Source of the DNA: Eledone cirrhosa | Lineage: Eukaryota | Length of the DNA: 64,000 bases | Assembly: GCA_964016885.1 (NCBI GenBank) | Contig: OZ024741.1 | Coordinates: forward strand, 409,758,001 to 409,822,000 | Direction: 5' to 3' | Part shown: positions 38,501 through 53,108 of the stretch, in pieces | How the letters are laid out: the number at the start of each line of letters is the position of its first letter | Position numbering within the stretch: the first letter of the stretch is position 1 | Notes under the pieces: model-generated | Database searches by the model: none | What the model was told of the DNA's origin: nothing | The model's input: only the letters and a program-made list of their open reading frames with translations | Position numbers and translations under genes: made by a program

Positions 38501-41500
38501 TATCCATGGGTATATCTGGTTTACAATAGGTACACTGTATCCCTGTATATCAGGTTTACTATAGGTACACTGTATCCCTGTGTATATCTGGTTTACAATA
38601 GGTACACTGTATCCCAGTGTATATCTGGTTTACAATAGGTACACTGTATCCCTGGGTATATCGGGTTTATAATAGGTACACTGTATTACTGTGTATATCT
38701 GGTTTACAATAGGTACACTGTATCCCTGGGTATATCTGGTTTACGATAGGTACACTGTATCCCTGTGTATATTTGGTTTACAATAGGTACACTGTATCCC
38801 AGTGTATATCAGGTTTACAATAAGTACACTGCATCCCTGTGTATATCTGGTTTATAATAAGTACACTGTCTCCCTAGGTATACCTGGTTTACATTAGGTA
38901 CACTGTATCCCAGTGTATATCAGGTTTACAATAGGTACACTGTATCCCTGTGTATCTGGTTTACAATAGGTACACTGTATCTCTGGGTATATCTGGTTCA
39001 CAATAGTTACACTGTATCCCTGGGTATATCAGGTTTACAATAGGTACACTGTATCCCTGTGTATATCTGGTTTACAATAGGTTCACTGTATCCATGTGTA
39101 TATCTGGTTTACAATAGGTACACTGTATCCCTGTATATCAGGTTTACTATAGGTATACTGTATCCCTGTGTATATCTGGTTTACAATAGGTACACTGTAT
39201 CCCTGTTTATATCTTGTTTACAATAGGTACACTGTATCCCTGGGTATATCGGGTTTATAATAGGTACACTGTATCCCTGTGTATCTGGTTTACAATAGGT
39301 ACACTGTATCCCTGGGTATATCTGGTTTACAATAGGTACACTGTATCCCTGGGTATATCAGGTTTACAATAGGTACACTGTATCCCTCTGTATATCTGGT
39401 TTACAATAGGTACACTGTATCCATGGGTATATCTGGTTTACAATAGGTACACTGTATCCCTGTATATCAGGTTTACTATAGGTACACTGTATCCCTGTGT
39501 ATATCTGGTTTACAATAGGTACACTGTATCCCAGTGTATATCTGGTTTACAATAGGTACACTGTATACCTGTGTATATCAGGTTTACAATAGGTACACTG
39601 TATCCCTGGGTATATCGGGTTTATAATAGGTACACTGTATCACTGTGTATATCTGGTTTACAATAGGTACACTGTATCCCAGTGTGTATCTGGTTTACAA
39701 TAGGTACACTGTATACCTGTGTATATCAGGTTTACAATAGGTACACTGTATCCCTTTGGTATATCTGGTTTACAATAGGTACACTGTATCCCTGTGTATA
39801 TCAGGTTTACAATAGGTACACTGTATCCCTGTGTATATCTGGTTTACAATAGGTACACTGTATCCATGGGTATATCTGGTTTACAATAGGTACACTGTAT
39901 CCCTGTGTATATCTGGTTTACAATAGGTACACTGTATCCCTGGGTATATCAGGTTTACAATAGGTACACTGAATCCTTGTGTATATCTGTTTTACAATAG
40001 GTACACTGTATCCTTGGGTATATCTGGTTTACAATAGGTACACTGTATCCCTGTGTATATCAAGTTTACTATAGGTACACTGCATCCCTGTGTATATCTG
40101 GTTTATAATAAGTACACTGTCTCCCTGGGTATATCTGGTTTACATTAGGTACACTGTATCCCAGTGTATATCAGGTTTACAATAGGTACACTGTATCCCT
40201 GCTGTATATCTTGTTTACAATAGGTACTCTGTATCTCAGTGTATATCTGGTTTACAATAGGTACACTGTATCCCTGTGTATATCTGGTTTACAATAAGTA
40301 CACTGTATCCCTGTGTATATCTGGTTTACAATAGGTACACTGTATCCCTGGGTATATCTGGTTTACAATATGTACACTGTATCCCTGTGTATATCTGGTT
40401 TACAATAGGTACACTGTATCCCTGTGCATATCTGGTTTACAATAGGTACACTGTATCCCTGGGTATATCGGGTTTATAATAGGTACACTGTATCACTGTG
40501 TATATCTGGTTTACAATAGGTACACTGTATCCCAGTGTGTATCTGGTTTACAATAGGTACACTGTATACCTGTGTATATCAGGTTTACAATAGGTACACT
40601 GTATCTCAGTGTATATCAGGTTTACAATAGGTACACTGTATCCCTGTGTATATCAAGTTTACTATAGGTACACTGCATCCCTGTGTATATCTGGTTTATA
40701 ATAAGTACACTGCCTCCCTGGGTATATCTGGTTTACATTAGGTACACTGTATCCCAGTGTATATCAGGTTTACAATAGGTACACTGTATCCCTGCTGTAT
40801 ATCTGGTTTACAATAGGTACTCTGTATCTCAGTGTATATCTGGTTTACAATAGCTACACTGTATCCCTGTGTATATCTGGTTTACAATAGGTACACTGTA
40901 TCCCTGTGTATATCTGGTTTACAATAGGTACACTGTATCCCAGTGTATATCTGGTTTACGATAGGTACACTGTATCCCTGTGTATATCAGGTTTACAATA
41001 GGTACACTGTATCCCAGTATATATCAGGTTTACAATAGGTACACTGTATCCCAGTGTATATCAGGTTTACAATAGGTACACAGTATCGCTGTATATCTGG
41101 TTTACAATAGGTACACTGTCTCCCTGTGTATATCTGGTTTACAATAGGTACACTGTATCCCTGGGTATATCGGGTTTATAATAGGTACACTGTATCACTG
41201 TGTATATCTGGTTTACAATAGGTACACTGTATCCCAGTGTATATCAGGTTTACAATAGGTACACTGCATCCCTGTGTATATCTGGTTTATAATAAGTACA
41301 CTGTCTCCCTAGGTATATCTGGTTTACATTAGGTACACTGTATCCCAGTGTATATCAGGTTTACAATAGGTACACTGTATCCCTGTGTATCTGGTTTACA
41401 ATAGGTACACTGTATCCCTGGGTATATCTGGTTTACAATAGGTACACTGTATCCCTGGGTATATCAGGTTTACAATAGGTACACTGTATCCCTGTGTATA

Positions 41501-44500
41501 TCTGGTTTACAATAGGTACACTGTATCCATGGGTATATCTGGTTTACAATAGGTACACTGTATCCCTGTATATCAGGTTTACTATAGGTACACTGTATCC
41601 CAGTGTATATCTGGTTTACAATAGGTACACTGTATCCCTGGGTATATCGGGTTTATAATAGGTACACTGTATTACTGTGTATATCTGGTTTACAATAGGT
41701 ACACTGTATCCCTGGGTATATCTGGTTTACGATAGGTACACTGTATCCCTGTGTATATTTGGTTTACAATAGGTACACTGTATCCCAGTGTATATCAGGT
41801 TTACAATAGGTACACTGCATCCCTGTGTATATCTGGTTTATAATAAGTGCACTGTCTCCCTAGGTATACCTGGTTTACATTAGGTACACTGTATCCCAGT
41901 GTATATCAGGTTTACAATAGGTACACTGTATCTCTGGGTATATCTGGTTCACAATAGGTACACTGTATCCCTGGGTATCTGGTTTACAATAGGTACACTG
42001 TATCCCTGTGTATCTGGTTTACAATAGGTACACTGTATCTCTGGGTATATCTGGTTCACAATAGGTACACTGTATCCCTGGGTATATCAGGTTTACAATA
42101 GGTACACTGTATCCATGTGTATATCTGGTTTACAATAGGTACACTGTATCCCTGTTTATATCTTGTTTACAATAGGTACACTGTATCCCTGGGTATATCG
42201 GGTTTATAATAGGTACACTGTATCCCTGTGTATCTGGTTTACAATAGGTACACTGTATCCCTGGGTATATCAGGTTTACAATAGGTACACTGTATCCCTG
42301 TGTATATCTGGTTTACAATAGGTACACTGTATCCATGTGTATATCTGGTTTACAATAGGTACACTGTATCCCTGTATATCAGGTTTACTATAGGTATACT
42401 GTATCCCTGTGTATATCTGGTTTACAACAGGTACACTGTATCCCTGTTTATATCTTGTTTACAATAGGTACACTGTATCCCTGGGTATATCGGGTTTATA
42501 ATAGGTACACTGTATCCCTGTGTATCTGGTTTACAATAGGTACACTGTATCCCTGGGTATATCTGGTTTACAATAGGTACACTGTATCCCTGGGTATATC
42601 AGGTTTACAATAGGTACACTGTATCCCTCTGTATATCTGGTTTACAATAGGTACACTGTATCCATGGGTATATCTGGTTTACAATAGGTACACTGTATCC
42701 CTGTATATCAGGTTTACTATAGGTACACTGTATCCCTGTGTATATCTGGTTTACAATAGGTACACTGTATCCCAGTGTATATCTGGTTTACAATAGGTAC
42801 ACTGTATCCCTGGGTATATCGGGTTTATAATAGGTACACTGTATCACTGTGTATATCTGGTTTACAATAGGTACACTGTATCTCAGTGTGTATCTGGTTT
42901 ACAATAGGTACACTGTATACCTGTGTATATCAGGTTTACAATAGGTACACTGTATCCCTTTGGTATATCTGGTTTACAATTGGTACACTGTATCCCTGTG
43001 TATATCAGGTTTACAATAGGTACACTGTATCCCTGTGTATATCTGGTTTACAATAGGTACACTGTATCCATGGGTATATCTGGTTTACAATAGGTACACT
43101 GTATCCCTGTGTATATCTGGTTTACAATAGGTACACTGTATCCCTGGGTATATCAGGTTTACAATAGGTACACTGAATCCTTGTGTATATCTGGTTTACA
43201 ATAGGTACACTGTATCATTGGGTATATCTGGTTTACAATAGGTACACTGTATCCCTGTGTATATCAAGTTTACTATAGGTACACTGCATCCCTGTGTATA
43301 TCTGGTTTATAATAAGTACACTGTCTCCCTGGGTATATCTGGTTTACATTAGGTACACTGTATCCCAGTGTATATCAGGTTTACAATAGGTACACTGTAT
43401 CCCTGCTGTATATCTGGTTTACAATAGGTACTCTGTATCTCAGTGTATATCTGGTTTACAATAGGTACACTGTATCCCTGTGTATATCTGTTTTACAATA
43501 AGTACACTGTATCCCTGTGTATATCTGGTTTACAATAGGTACACTGTATCCCTGGGTATATCTGGTTTACAATATGTACACTGTATCCCAGTGTATATCA
43601 GGTTTACAATAGGTACACTGTATCCCTGCTGTATATCTGGTTTACAATAGGTACTCTGTATCTCAGTGTATATCTGGTTTACAATAGCTACACTGTATCC
43701 CTGTGTATATCTGGTTTACAATAGGTACACTGTATCCCTGTGTATATCTGGTTTACAATAGGTACACTGTATCCCAGTGTATATCTGGTTTACGATAGGT
43801 ACACTGTATCCCTGTGTATATCAGGTTTACAATAGGTACACTGTATCCCAGTATATATCAGGTTTACAATAGGTACACTGTATCCCAGTGTATATCAGGT
43901 TTACAATAGGTACACAGTATCGCTGTATATCTGGTTTACAATAGGTACACTGTCTCCCTGTGTATATCTGGTTTACAATAGGTACACTGTATCCCTGGGT
44001 ATATCGGGTTTATAATAGGTACACTGTATCACTGTGTATATCTGGTTTACAATAGGTACACTGTATCCCAGTGTATATCAGGTTTACAATAGGTACACTG
44101 CATCCCTGTGTATATCTGGTTTATAATAAGTACACTGTCTCCCTAGGTATATCTGGTTTACATTAGGTACACTGTATCCCAGTGTATATCAGGTTTACAA
44201 TAGGTACACTGTATCCCTGTGTATCTGGTTTACAATAGGTACACTGTATCCCTGGGTATATCGGGTTTATAATAGGTACACTGTATTACTGTGTATATCT
44301 GGTTTACAATAGGTACACTGTATCCCTGTGTATATCTGGTTTACAATAGGTACACTGTATCCCTGGGTATATCGGGTTTATAATAGGTACACTGTATCCC
44401 TGTGTATCTGGTTTACAATAGGTACACTGTATCCCTGGGTATATCTGGTTTACAATAGGTACACTGTATCCCTGGGTATATCAGGTTTACAATAGGTACA

Positions 44501-47500
44501 CTGTATCCCTGTGTATATCTGGTTTACAATAGGTACACTGTATCCATGGGTATATCTGGTTTACAATAGGTACACTGTATCCCTGTATATCAGGTTTACT
44601 ATAGGTACACTGTATCCCTGTGTATATCTGGTTTACAATAGGTACACTGTATCCCAGTGTATATCTGGTTTACAATAGGTACACTGTATCCCTGGGTATA
44701 TCGGGTTTATAATAGGTACACTGTATTACTGTGTATATCTGGTTTACATTAGGTACACTGTATCCCAGTGTGTATCTGGTTTACAATAGGTACACTGTAT
44801 ACCTGTGTATATCTGGTTTACAATAAGTACACTGTATCCCTGGGTATATCAGGTTTACAATAGGTACACTGTATCCCTGTGCATATCAGGTTTACAATAG
44901 CTACCCTGTATCCCAGTATATATCTGGTTTACAATAGGTACACTGTATCCCAGTGTGTATCAGGTTTACAATAGGTACACTGTATCACTGTATATATCTG
45001 GTTTTCAATAGGTACACTGTATCTCTGTGTATATCTAGTTTACAATAGGTACACTGAATCCCTGTCTATATCTGGTTTACAATAGGTACACTGTATCCCT
45101 GGGTATATCTGGTTTACAATAGGTACACTGTATCCCTGTGTATATCAAGTTTACAATAGGTACACTGTATGCCTGTGTATATCAAGTTTACAATAGGTAC
45201 ACTGTATCCCTGTATATCAGGTTTACAATAGGTACACTGTATCCCTGTGTATCTGGTTTACAATAGGTACACTGTATCCCTGGGTATATCTGGTTTACAA
45301 CAGGTACACTGTATCCCTGGGTATATCAGGTTTACAATAGGTACACTGTATCCTGATGTATATCTGGTTTACAATAGGTACACTGTATTCCAGTATATAT
45401 CTGGTTTACACTAGGTACACTGTATCCCTGGGTATATCTGGTTTACAATAGGTACACTGAATCCCTGTATATCAGGTTTACAATAGGTACACTGTATCCC
45501 AGTGTATATCTGGTTTACAATAGGTACACTGTATCCCTGTGTATATCTAGTTTACAGGAGGTACACTGTATCCCTGTGTATATCTGGTTTACAATAGGTA
45601 CACTGTATCCCTGTGTATATCTAGTTTACAATAGGTACACTGTATCCCTGTGTATATCTGGTTTACAATAGGTACACTGAATCCCTGTATATCTGGTTTA
45701 CAATAGGTACACTGTATCCCTGTGTATATCAGGTTTACAATAGGTACACTGTATCCCTGTGTACATCTGGTTTACAATAGGTACACTGTATCCCAGTGAG
45801 TATCTGGTTCACAATAGGTACACTGTATCCATGTGTATATCTGGTTTACAATAGGTACACTGTATCCCTGTGTATATCTAGTTTACAATAGGTACACTGT
45901 ATCCCTGTGTATATCTGGTTTACAATAGGTACACTGTATCCCTCTGTATATCAGGTTTACAATAGATACACTGTATCCCTGTGTATATCTGGTTTGCAAT
46001 AGGTACACTGTATCCCTGGGTATATCTGTTTTACAATAGGTACACTGTATCCCTGTGTATATCTGGTTTACAATAGGTACTCTGTGTCCCTGGGTATATC
46101 TGGTTTACAATAAGTACACTGTATGCCTGTGTATATCTGGTTTACAATAGGTACACTGTATCCCAGTGAGTATCTGGTTTACAATAGGTACACTGTATCC
46201 TTGTGTATATATTGTTTACAAAAGGTACACTGTATCCCTGTGTATGTCTGGTTTACAATAGGTACACTGTATCCCTGGGTATATCAGGTTTACAATAGGT
46301 ACACTGAATCCCTGTGTATATCTGGTTTACAATAGGTACACTGTATCCCTGGGTATATCTGGTTTACAATAGGTACACTGTATCCCTGTGTATATCAGGT
46401 TTACAATAGGTACACTGTATCCCTGTGTATATCAGGTTTACTATAGGTACACTGTATCCCTGTGTATATCTGGTTTTCAATAGGTACACTGTATCCTTGT
46501 GTTATATCTGGTTTACAATAGGTACACTGTATCCCTGTATATCTGGTTTACAATGAGTACACTGTATCCCTGGGTATATCTGGTTTACAATAGGTACACT
46601 GTATCCCTGTGTATATCAGGTTTACAATAGCTACCCTGTATCCCAGTATATATCTGGTTTACAATAGGTACACTGTATACCAGTGTGTATCAGGTTTACA
46701 ATAGCTACCCTGTATCCCAGTATATATCTGGTTTACAATTGGTACACTGTATCCCTGTATATCTGGTTTACAATAGGTACAATGTATCACTGTATATATC
46801 TGGTTTTCAATAGGTACACTGTATCCCTGTGTATATCTGGTTTACAATAGGTACACTGTATCCCTGGGTATATCTGGTTTACAATAGGTACACTGTATCC
46901 CTGTGTATATCTGGTTTACAATAGGTACACTGTATCCCTGTGTATATCAGGTTTACAATAGGTACACTGTATCCCTGTGTATATCTGGTTTACAATAGTT
47001 ACACTGTATCCATGGGTATATCTGGTTTACAATAGGTACACTGTATCCCTGTGTATATCTGGTTTACAATAGGTACACTGTATCCCTGGGTATATCAGGT
47101 TTACAATAGGTACACTGAATCCCTGTGTATATCTGGTTTACAATAGGTACACTGCATCGCTGGGTATATCTGGTTTACGATAGGTACACTGTATCCCTGT
47201 GTATATTTGGTTTACAACAGGTACACTGTATCCCAGTGTATATCAGGTTTACAATAGGTACACTGTATCCATGTGTATATCAGGTTTACAATAGGTACAC
47301 TGTATCCCTGTGTATATCAAGTTTACTATAGGTACACTGCATCCCTGTATATATCTGGTTTATAATAAGTACACTGTCTCCCTAGGTATATCTGGTTTAC
47401 ATTAGGTACACTGTATCCCAGTGTATATCAGGTTTACAATAGGTACACTGTATCCCTGTATATCTGGTTTATAATAGGTACTCTGTATCCCAGTATATAT

Positions 47501-50500
47501 CTGGTTTACTATAGGTACACTGTATCCCTGGGTATATCGGGTTTATAATAGGTACACTGTATCACTGTGTATATCTGGTTTACAATAGGTACACTGTATG
47601 CCAGTGTGTATCTGGTTTACAATAGGTACACTGTATACCTGTGTATATCAGGTTTACAATAAGTACACTGTATCTCAGTGTATATCTGGCTTACAATAGG
47701 TACACTGTATCCCTGTGTATATCTGGTTTACAATAAGTACACTGTATCCGTGGGTATATCTGGTTTACAGTAGGTACACTGTATCCCTGTGTATATCAGG
47801 TTTACAATAGCTACCCTGTATCCCAGTATATATCTGGTTTACAATAGGTACACTGTATCCCAGTGTGTATCAGGTTTACAATAGGTACACTGTATCACTG
47901 TATATATCTGGTTTTCAATAGGTACACTGTATCTCTGTGTATATCTAGTTTACAATAGGTACACTGAATCCATGTCTATATCTGGTTTACAATAGTTACA
48001 CTGTATCCCTGGGTATATCTGGTTTACAATAGGCACACTGTATCCCTGTGTATATCAAGTTTACAATAGGTACACTGTATCCCTGTGTATGTCTGGTTTA
48101 CAATAGGTACACTGTATCCCTGTGTATATCAGGTTTACAATAGGTACACTGTATCCCTTTGGTATATCTGGTTTACAATAGGTACACTGTATCCCTGTGT
48201 ATATCAGGTTTACAATAGGTACACTGTATCCCTGTGTATATCTGGTTTACAATAGGTACACTGTATCCATGGGTATATCTGGTTTACAATAGGTACACTG
48301 TATCCCTGTGTATATCTGGTTTACAATAGGTACACTGTATCCCTGGGTATATCAGGTTTACAATAGGTACACTGTATCCCTGGGTATATCTGGTTTACAA
48401 TAGGTACACTGTATCCCTGTGTATATCAAGCTTACTATAGGTACACTGCATCCCTGTGTATATCTGGTTTATAATAAGTACACTGTCTCCCTGGGTATAT
48501 CTGGTTTACATTAGGTACACTGTATCCCAGTGTATATCAGGTTTACAATAGGTACTCTGTATCTCAGTGTATATCTGGTTTACAATAGGTACACTGTATC
48601 CCTGTGTATATCTGGTTTACAATAAGTACACTGTATCCCTGTGTATATCTGGTTTACAATAGGTACACTGTATCCCTGGGTATATCTGGTTTACAATATG
48701 TACACTGTATCCCTGGGTATATCTGGTTTACAATAGGTACACTGTATCCCTGTATATCAGGTTTACTATAGGTACACTGTATCCCTGTGTATATCTGGTT
48801 TACAATAAGTACACTGTATCCCTGGGTATATCTGGTTTACAGTAGGTACACTGTATCCCTGTGTATATCAGGTTTACAATAGCTACCCTGTATCCCAGTA
48901 TATATCTGGTTTACAATAGGTACACTGTATCCCAGTGTGTATCAGGTTTACAATAGGTACACTGTATCACTGTATATATCTGGTTTTCAATAGGTACACT
49001 GTATCTCTGTGTATATCTAGTTTACAATAGGTACACTGAATCCATGTCTATATCTGGTTTACAATAGGTCAACTGTATCCCTGGGTATATCTGGTTTACA
49101 ATAGGCACACTGTATCCCTGTGTATATCAAGTTTACAATAGGTACACTGTATCCCTGTGTATGTCTGGTTTACAATAGGTACACTGTATCCCTGTGTATA
49201 TCAGGTTTACAATAGGTACACTGTATCCCTTTGGTATATCTGGTTTACAATAGGTACACTGTATCCCTGTGTATATCAGGTTTACAATAGGTACACTGTA
49301 TCCCTGTGTATATCTGGTTTACAATAGGTACACTGTATCCATGGGTATATCTGGTTTACAATAGGTACACTGTATCCCTGTGTATATCTGGTTTACAATA
49401 GGTACACTGTATCCCTGGGTATATCAGGTTTACAATAGGTACACTGAATCCTTGTGTATATCTGGTTTACAATAGGTACACTGTATCCCTGGGTATATCT
49501 GGTTTACAATAGGTACACTGTATCCCTGTGTATATCAAGTTTACTATAGGTACACTGCATCCCTGTGTATATCTGGTTTATAATAAGTAAACTGTCTCCC
49601 TGGGTATATCTGGTTTACATTAGGTACACTGTATCCCAGTGTATATCAGGTTTACAATAGGTACACTGTATCCCTGCTGTATATCTGGTTTACAATAGGT
49701 ACTCTGTATCTCAGTGTATATCTGGTTTACAATAGGTACACTGTATCCCTGTGTATATCTGGTTTACAATAAGTACACTGTATCCCTGTGTATATCTGGT
49801 TTACAATAGGTACACTGTATCCCTGGGTATATCTGGTTTACAATATGTACACTGTATCCCTGGGTATATCTGGTTTACAATAGGTACACTGTATCCCTGT
49901 ATATCAGGTTTACTATAGGTACACTGTATCCCTGTGTATATCTGGTTTACAATAGGTACACTGTATCCCTGTGTATATCTGGTTTACAATAGGTACACTG
50001 TATCCCTGGGTATATCGGGTTTATAATAGGTACACTGTATCACTGTGTATATCTGGTTTACAATAGGTACACTGTATCCCAGTGTGTATCTGGTTTACAA
50101 TAGGTACACTGTATACCTGTGTATATCAGGTTTACAATAGGTACACTGTATCTCAGTGTATATCTGGTTTACAATAGGTACACTGTATCCCAGTGTATAT
50201 CTGGTTTACGATAGGTACACTGTATCCCTGTGTATATCAGGTTTACAATAGGTACACTGTATCCCAGTATATATCAGGTTTACAATAGGTACACTGTATC
50301 CCAGTGTATATCAGGTTTACAATAGGTACACAGTATCTCTGTATATCTGGTTTACAATAGGTACACTGTCTCCCTGTGTATATCTGGTTTACAATAGGTA
50401 CACTGTATCCCTGTGTATCTGGTTTACAATAGGTACACTGTATCCCTGGGTATATCTGGTTTACAATAGGTACACTGTATCCCAGTGTATATCTGGTTTA

Positions 50501-51032
50501 CAATAGGTACACCGTATCCCTGTGTATGTCAGGTTTACAATAGGTCCACTGTATCCCTGTGTATCTGGTTTACAATAGGTACACTGTATCCCTGTGTATA
50601 TCTGGTTTACAATAGGTACACTGTATCCATGGGTATATCTGGTTTACAATAGGTACACTGTATCCCTGTGTATATCTGGTTTACAATAGGTACACTGTAT
50701 CCCTGGGTATATCAGGTTTACAATAGGTACACTGAATCCCTGTGTATATCTGGTTTACAATAGGTACACTGTATCCCTGGGTATATCTGGTTTACGATAG
50801 GTATACTGTATCCCTGTGTATATTTGGTTTACAATAGGTACACTGTATCCCAGTGTATATCAGGTTTACAATAGGTACACTGCATCCCTGTGTATATCTG
50901 GTTTATAATAAGTACACTGTCTCCCTAGGTATACCTGGTTTACATTAGGTACACTGTATCCCAGTGTATATCAGGTTTACAATAGGTACACTGTATCCCT
51001 GTGTATCTGGTTTACAATAGGTACACTGTATC
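11575..51032. repeat. Giant satellite array, part 1 (37-bp consensus ATATCTGGTTTACAATAGGTACACTGTATCCCTGTGT; 35- and 38-bp variants; ~1,070 monomers)
   Basis: Uninterrupted head-to-tail monomers with a degenerate edge from ~11524. The 35-bp CAGTAGG variant occupies 11575-12420. Confidence 0.99.
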
Positions 51033-53108
51033 ATCATCATCATCATCATCACCGTTTTACGTCCGTTCTTCCACGCTAGCATGGGTTAGACGGGTTGTCC
51101 TGTTGTGGGCAGTGTCTGGTCGGCTGACCATGCCTTGCTCATACAGGAACTGATCTGGCTTGATTTCTACAGCTGGATGCCCTTCCTAACACCAACCTCA
51201 TTTACAGTGAGTGCTGGGTGCTTTTTCGTGGCGCCTACACGTCCACTTTACAGTGTGGGCTGGGTGCTATTTTGCCGTGGCACCTCCACGACCACCTTGC
51301 GGTGGGGGGGGGGGGGGCATATTGTTTATATGCTTCAGCATGTACCCATGGGAGGTCGGGTACCCTGTATTACTGTGTGACGCCAGAAGTCACGGTCGTG
51401 TGTCATTGACTTTGAGAGGTGTAGTTGGGTAAGGTCGGCTTTTATCACCTCATCCCAAGTCATCTTGGGTCTCCCCACTCCGCGGTTCCCATCAACTTCT
51501 AGTGCTCTGCACCTTTTTATGCAGCTGTCATCCTTCATACGCATCACATGTCCATACCAGCGTAACCGCCTCTCCTGCACGCAGCATTTGATTCCTCTTA
51601 TGCTCAGTCTCTCTCTCAATTCATTTATGCTTTGTCGTTCACGTATATTACTGTTACACATCCATCGGAGCATGCAGGCTTCGTTTCTCTCTAATCTACG
51701 TAAGTCTTCCACCTTCAGCGCCCAGGTCTCACTACCATGCAACATCGCTGTTCGGATACACGCATCATACAGTCTGCCTTTCATTCTGAGGGAGAAGCCT
51801 TTTGCAGCTAGCAGTGGTAGTAGTTCCCTAAACTTCTTCCATCCCGTTCTTACCCTAGTTATTGTACTTTCTGAGCACCCACCTCCGTTGCTAATTCGGT
51901 CACCTAGGTAGCAGAAGCTGTCTACTGTTTCTACAGGGCCCTCCCAGAGATTGGTGGTACTTGTTTCCTGTGGCTGTTTGCTTGCTGTTTCAGCACAGCT
52001 GCTGCATGTGAATCCTACATTCTTAATTAAGCTTCCTGAGATCCCGCTACATCTCTTGTGTACCCATTGTTTGCATTTGGGGCAAAGAATGGAGTTCCTA
52101 CCTACACCTTTCCTACATACTGAGCAAGGCCATTTCCCTGAGGGGATCTGGGTTCTGTTTTCTCGTCTACTTATAAGGACCTTAGTCTTTGTCATGTTGA
52201 CTTTGAGGCCCTTTCTCTCTAGTCCCTGCTTCCAGGTTTGGAATTTATTCTCTAGTTCTACCATAGATTCAGCTATGAGTGCGAGGTCATCAGCATACAG
52301 GAGTTCCCATGGGCATCCGGTCTTAAACTCCTCCGTTATTGCCTGCAGGACTATGATGAACAGGAGAGGGCTAAGAACAGAGCCCTGGTGGACCCCAACC
52401 TGTACGCTAAATTCCTCGCTATACTCATTGCCAATCCTAACTTTGCTGACTGCTCCCCTATACATGGCTTGTACCGCTTTCACAAGCCATTCATCTACTC
52501 CTAGTTTTCTAAGAGCCCACCAGATTACTGCACGTGGAACTCTGTCAAAGGCTTTCTCAAGGTCGACAAATGCCAAGTAGAGTGGCTTACTTTTAGCTAG
52601 GTACTTTTCCTGTAATTGCCTCACAAGGAAGAGCGCATCAGTGGTGCCTTTCCCTGGTACAAACCCAAATTGCATCTCGTCTATATTCACCCGGTCCCTA
52701 ATCAGCTGTGCTATAACTCTTTCTGTTACTTTCATGACCTGGTCCATCAACTTTATACCTCTATAGTTTCCTCTATCTAGTGCATCGCCTTTACCTTTGT
52801 AGCAGTTGACAATGATGCTACTGCACCAATCTTTTGGTATGGCCCCCTCTAGTATTACCTGGTTAACGATACGTGTGGTTATAGTGTGACCTACAGACCC
52901 AGATGCCTTCAGCATCTCGGCAGCTATACCCGATGGACCGGTTGCCTTCCCTATCTTCATATCTCTGATTGCCTTACTTACTACGCTGCCGCTGACTTGT
53001 ACTGCTGGTCCCTCTATAGGGTCTACGTGGGGTAGGGTCTCTTCTTCCCATGCATTCTCCTCATTTAGTAATCTATCATAATGACTCTTCCATGCATCTT
53101 TCTTCTCA
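51033..53108 (-). mobile_element. 5'-truncated RTE-clade LINE (2,076 bp) with (GAT)n tail and 8-bp TSD ACTGTATC
   Basis: RT ORF on the minus strand and (ATC)n on the + strand from 51033. ACTGTATC at 51025-51032 and 53109-53116. No APE endonuclease domain because the element is truncated. Confidence 0.95.
51335..53107 (-). CDS. LINE ORF fragment: reverse transcriptase, PHD-like finger and RTE C-terminal domain
   Basis: Motifs KGKGD..NYRGIKL, QFGFVPGKGTTDA, FVDLEKAFDRVPR, GVHQGSVLSPLLF, YADD (52286-52297), FCYLG, HGSETW and RRLRWYGHVMR. The frame is open upstream of the annotated Met (EKKDAWKSHYDRLLNEEN...) to the truncation point. Confidence 0.93.
   Translation of the reverse strand, partial: EKKDAWKSHYDRLLNEENAWEEETLPHVDPIEGPAVQVSGSVVSKAIRDMKIGKATGPSGIAAEMLKASGSVGHTITTRIVNQVILEGAIPKDWCSSIIVNCYKGKGDALDRGNYRGIKLMDQVMKVTERVIAQLIRDRVNIDEMQFGFVPGKGTTDALFLVRQLQEKYLAKSKPLYLAFVDLEKAFDRVPRAVIWWALRKLGVDEWLVKAVQAMYRGAVSKVRIGNEYSEEFSVQVGVHQGSVLSPLLFIIVLQAITEEFKTGCPWELLYADDLALIAESMVELENKFQTWKQGLERKGLKVNMTKTKVLISRRENRTQIPSGKWPCSVCRKGVGRNSILCPKCKQWVHKRCSGISGSLIKNVGFTCSSCAETASKQPQETSTTNLWEGPVETVDSFCYLGDRISNGGGCSESTITRVRTGWKKFRELLPLLAAKGFSLRMKGRLYDACIRTAMLHGSETWALKVEDLRRLERNEACMLRWMCNSNIRERQSINELRERLSIRGIKCCVQERRLRWYGHVMRMKDDSCIKRCRALEVDGNRGVGRPKMTWDEVIKADLTQLHLSKSMTHDRDFWRHTVIQGTRPPMGTC

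Noticed and set aside
51105-52580. Plus-strand ORFs overlapping the LINE
   Set aside because: Antisense shadows of the RT frame and 3' UTR with no recognisable motifs.
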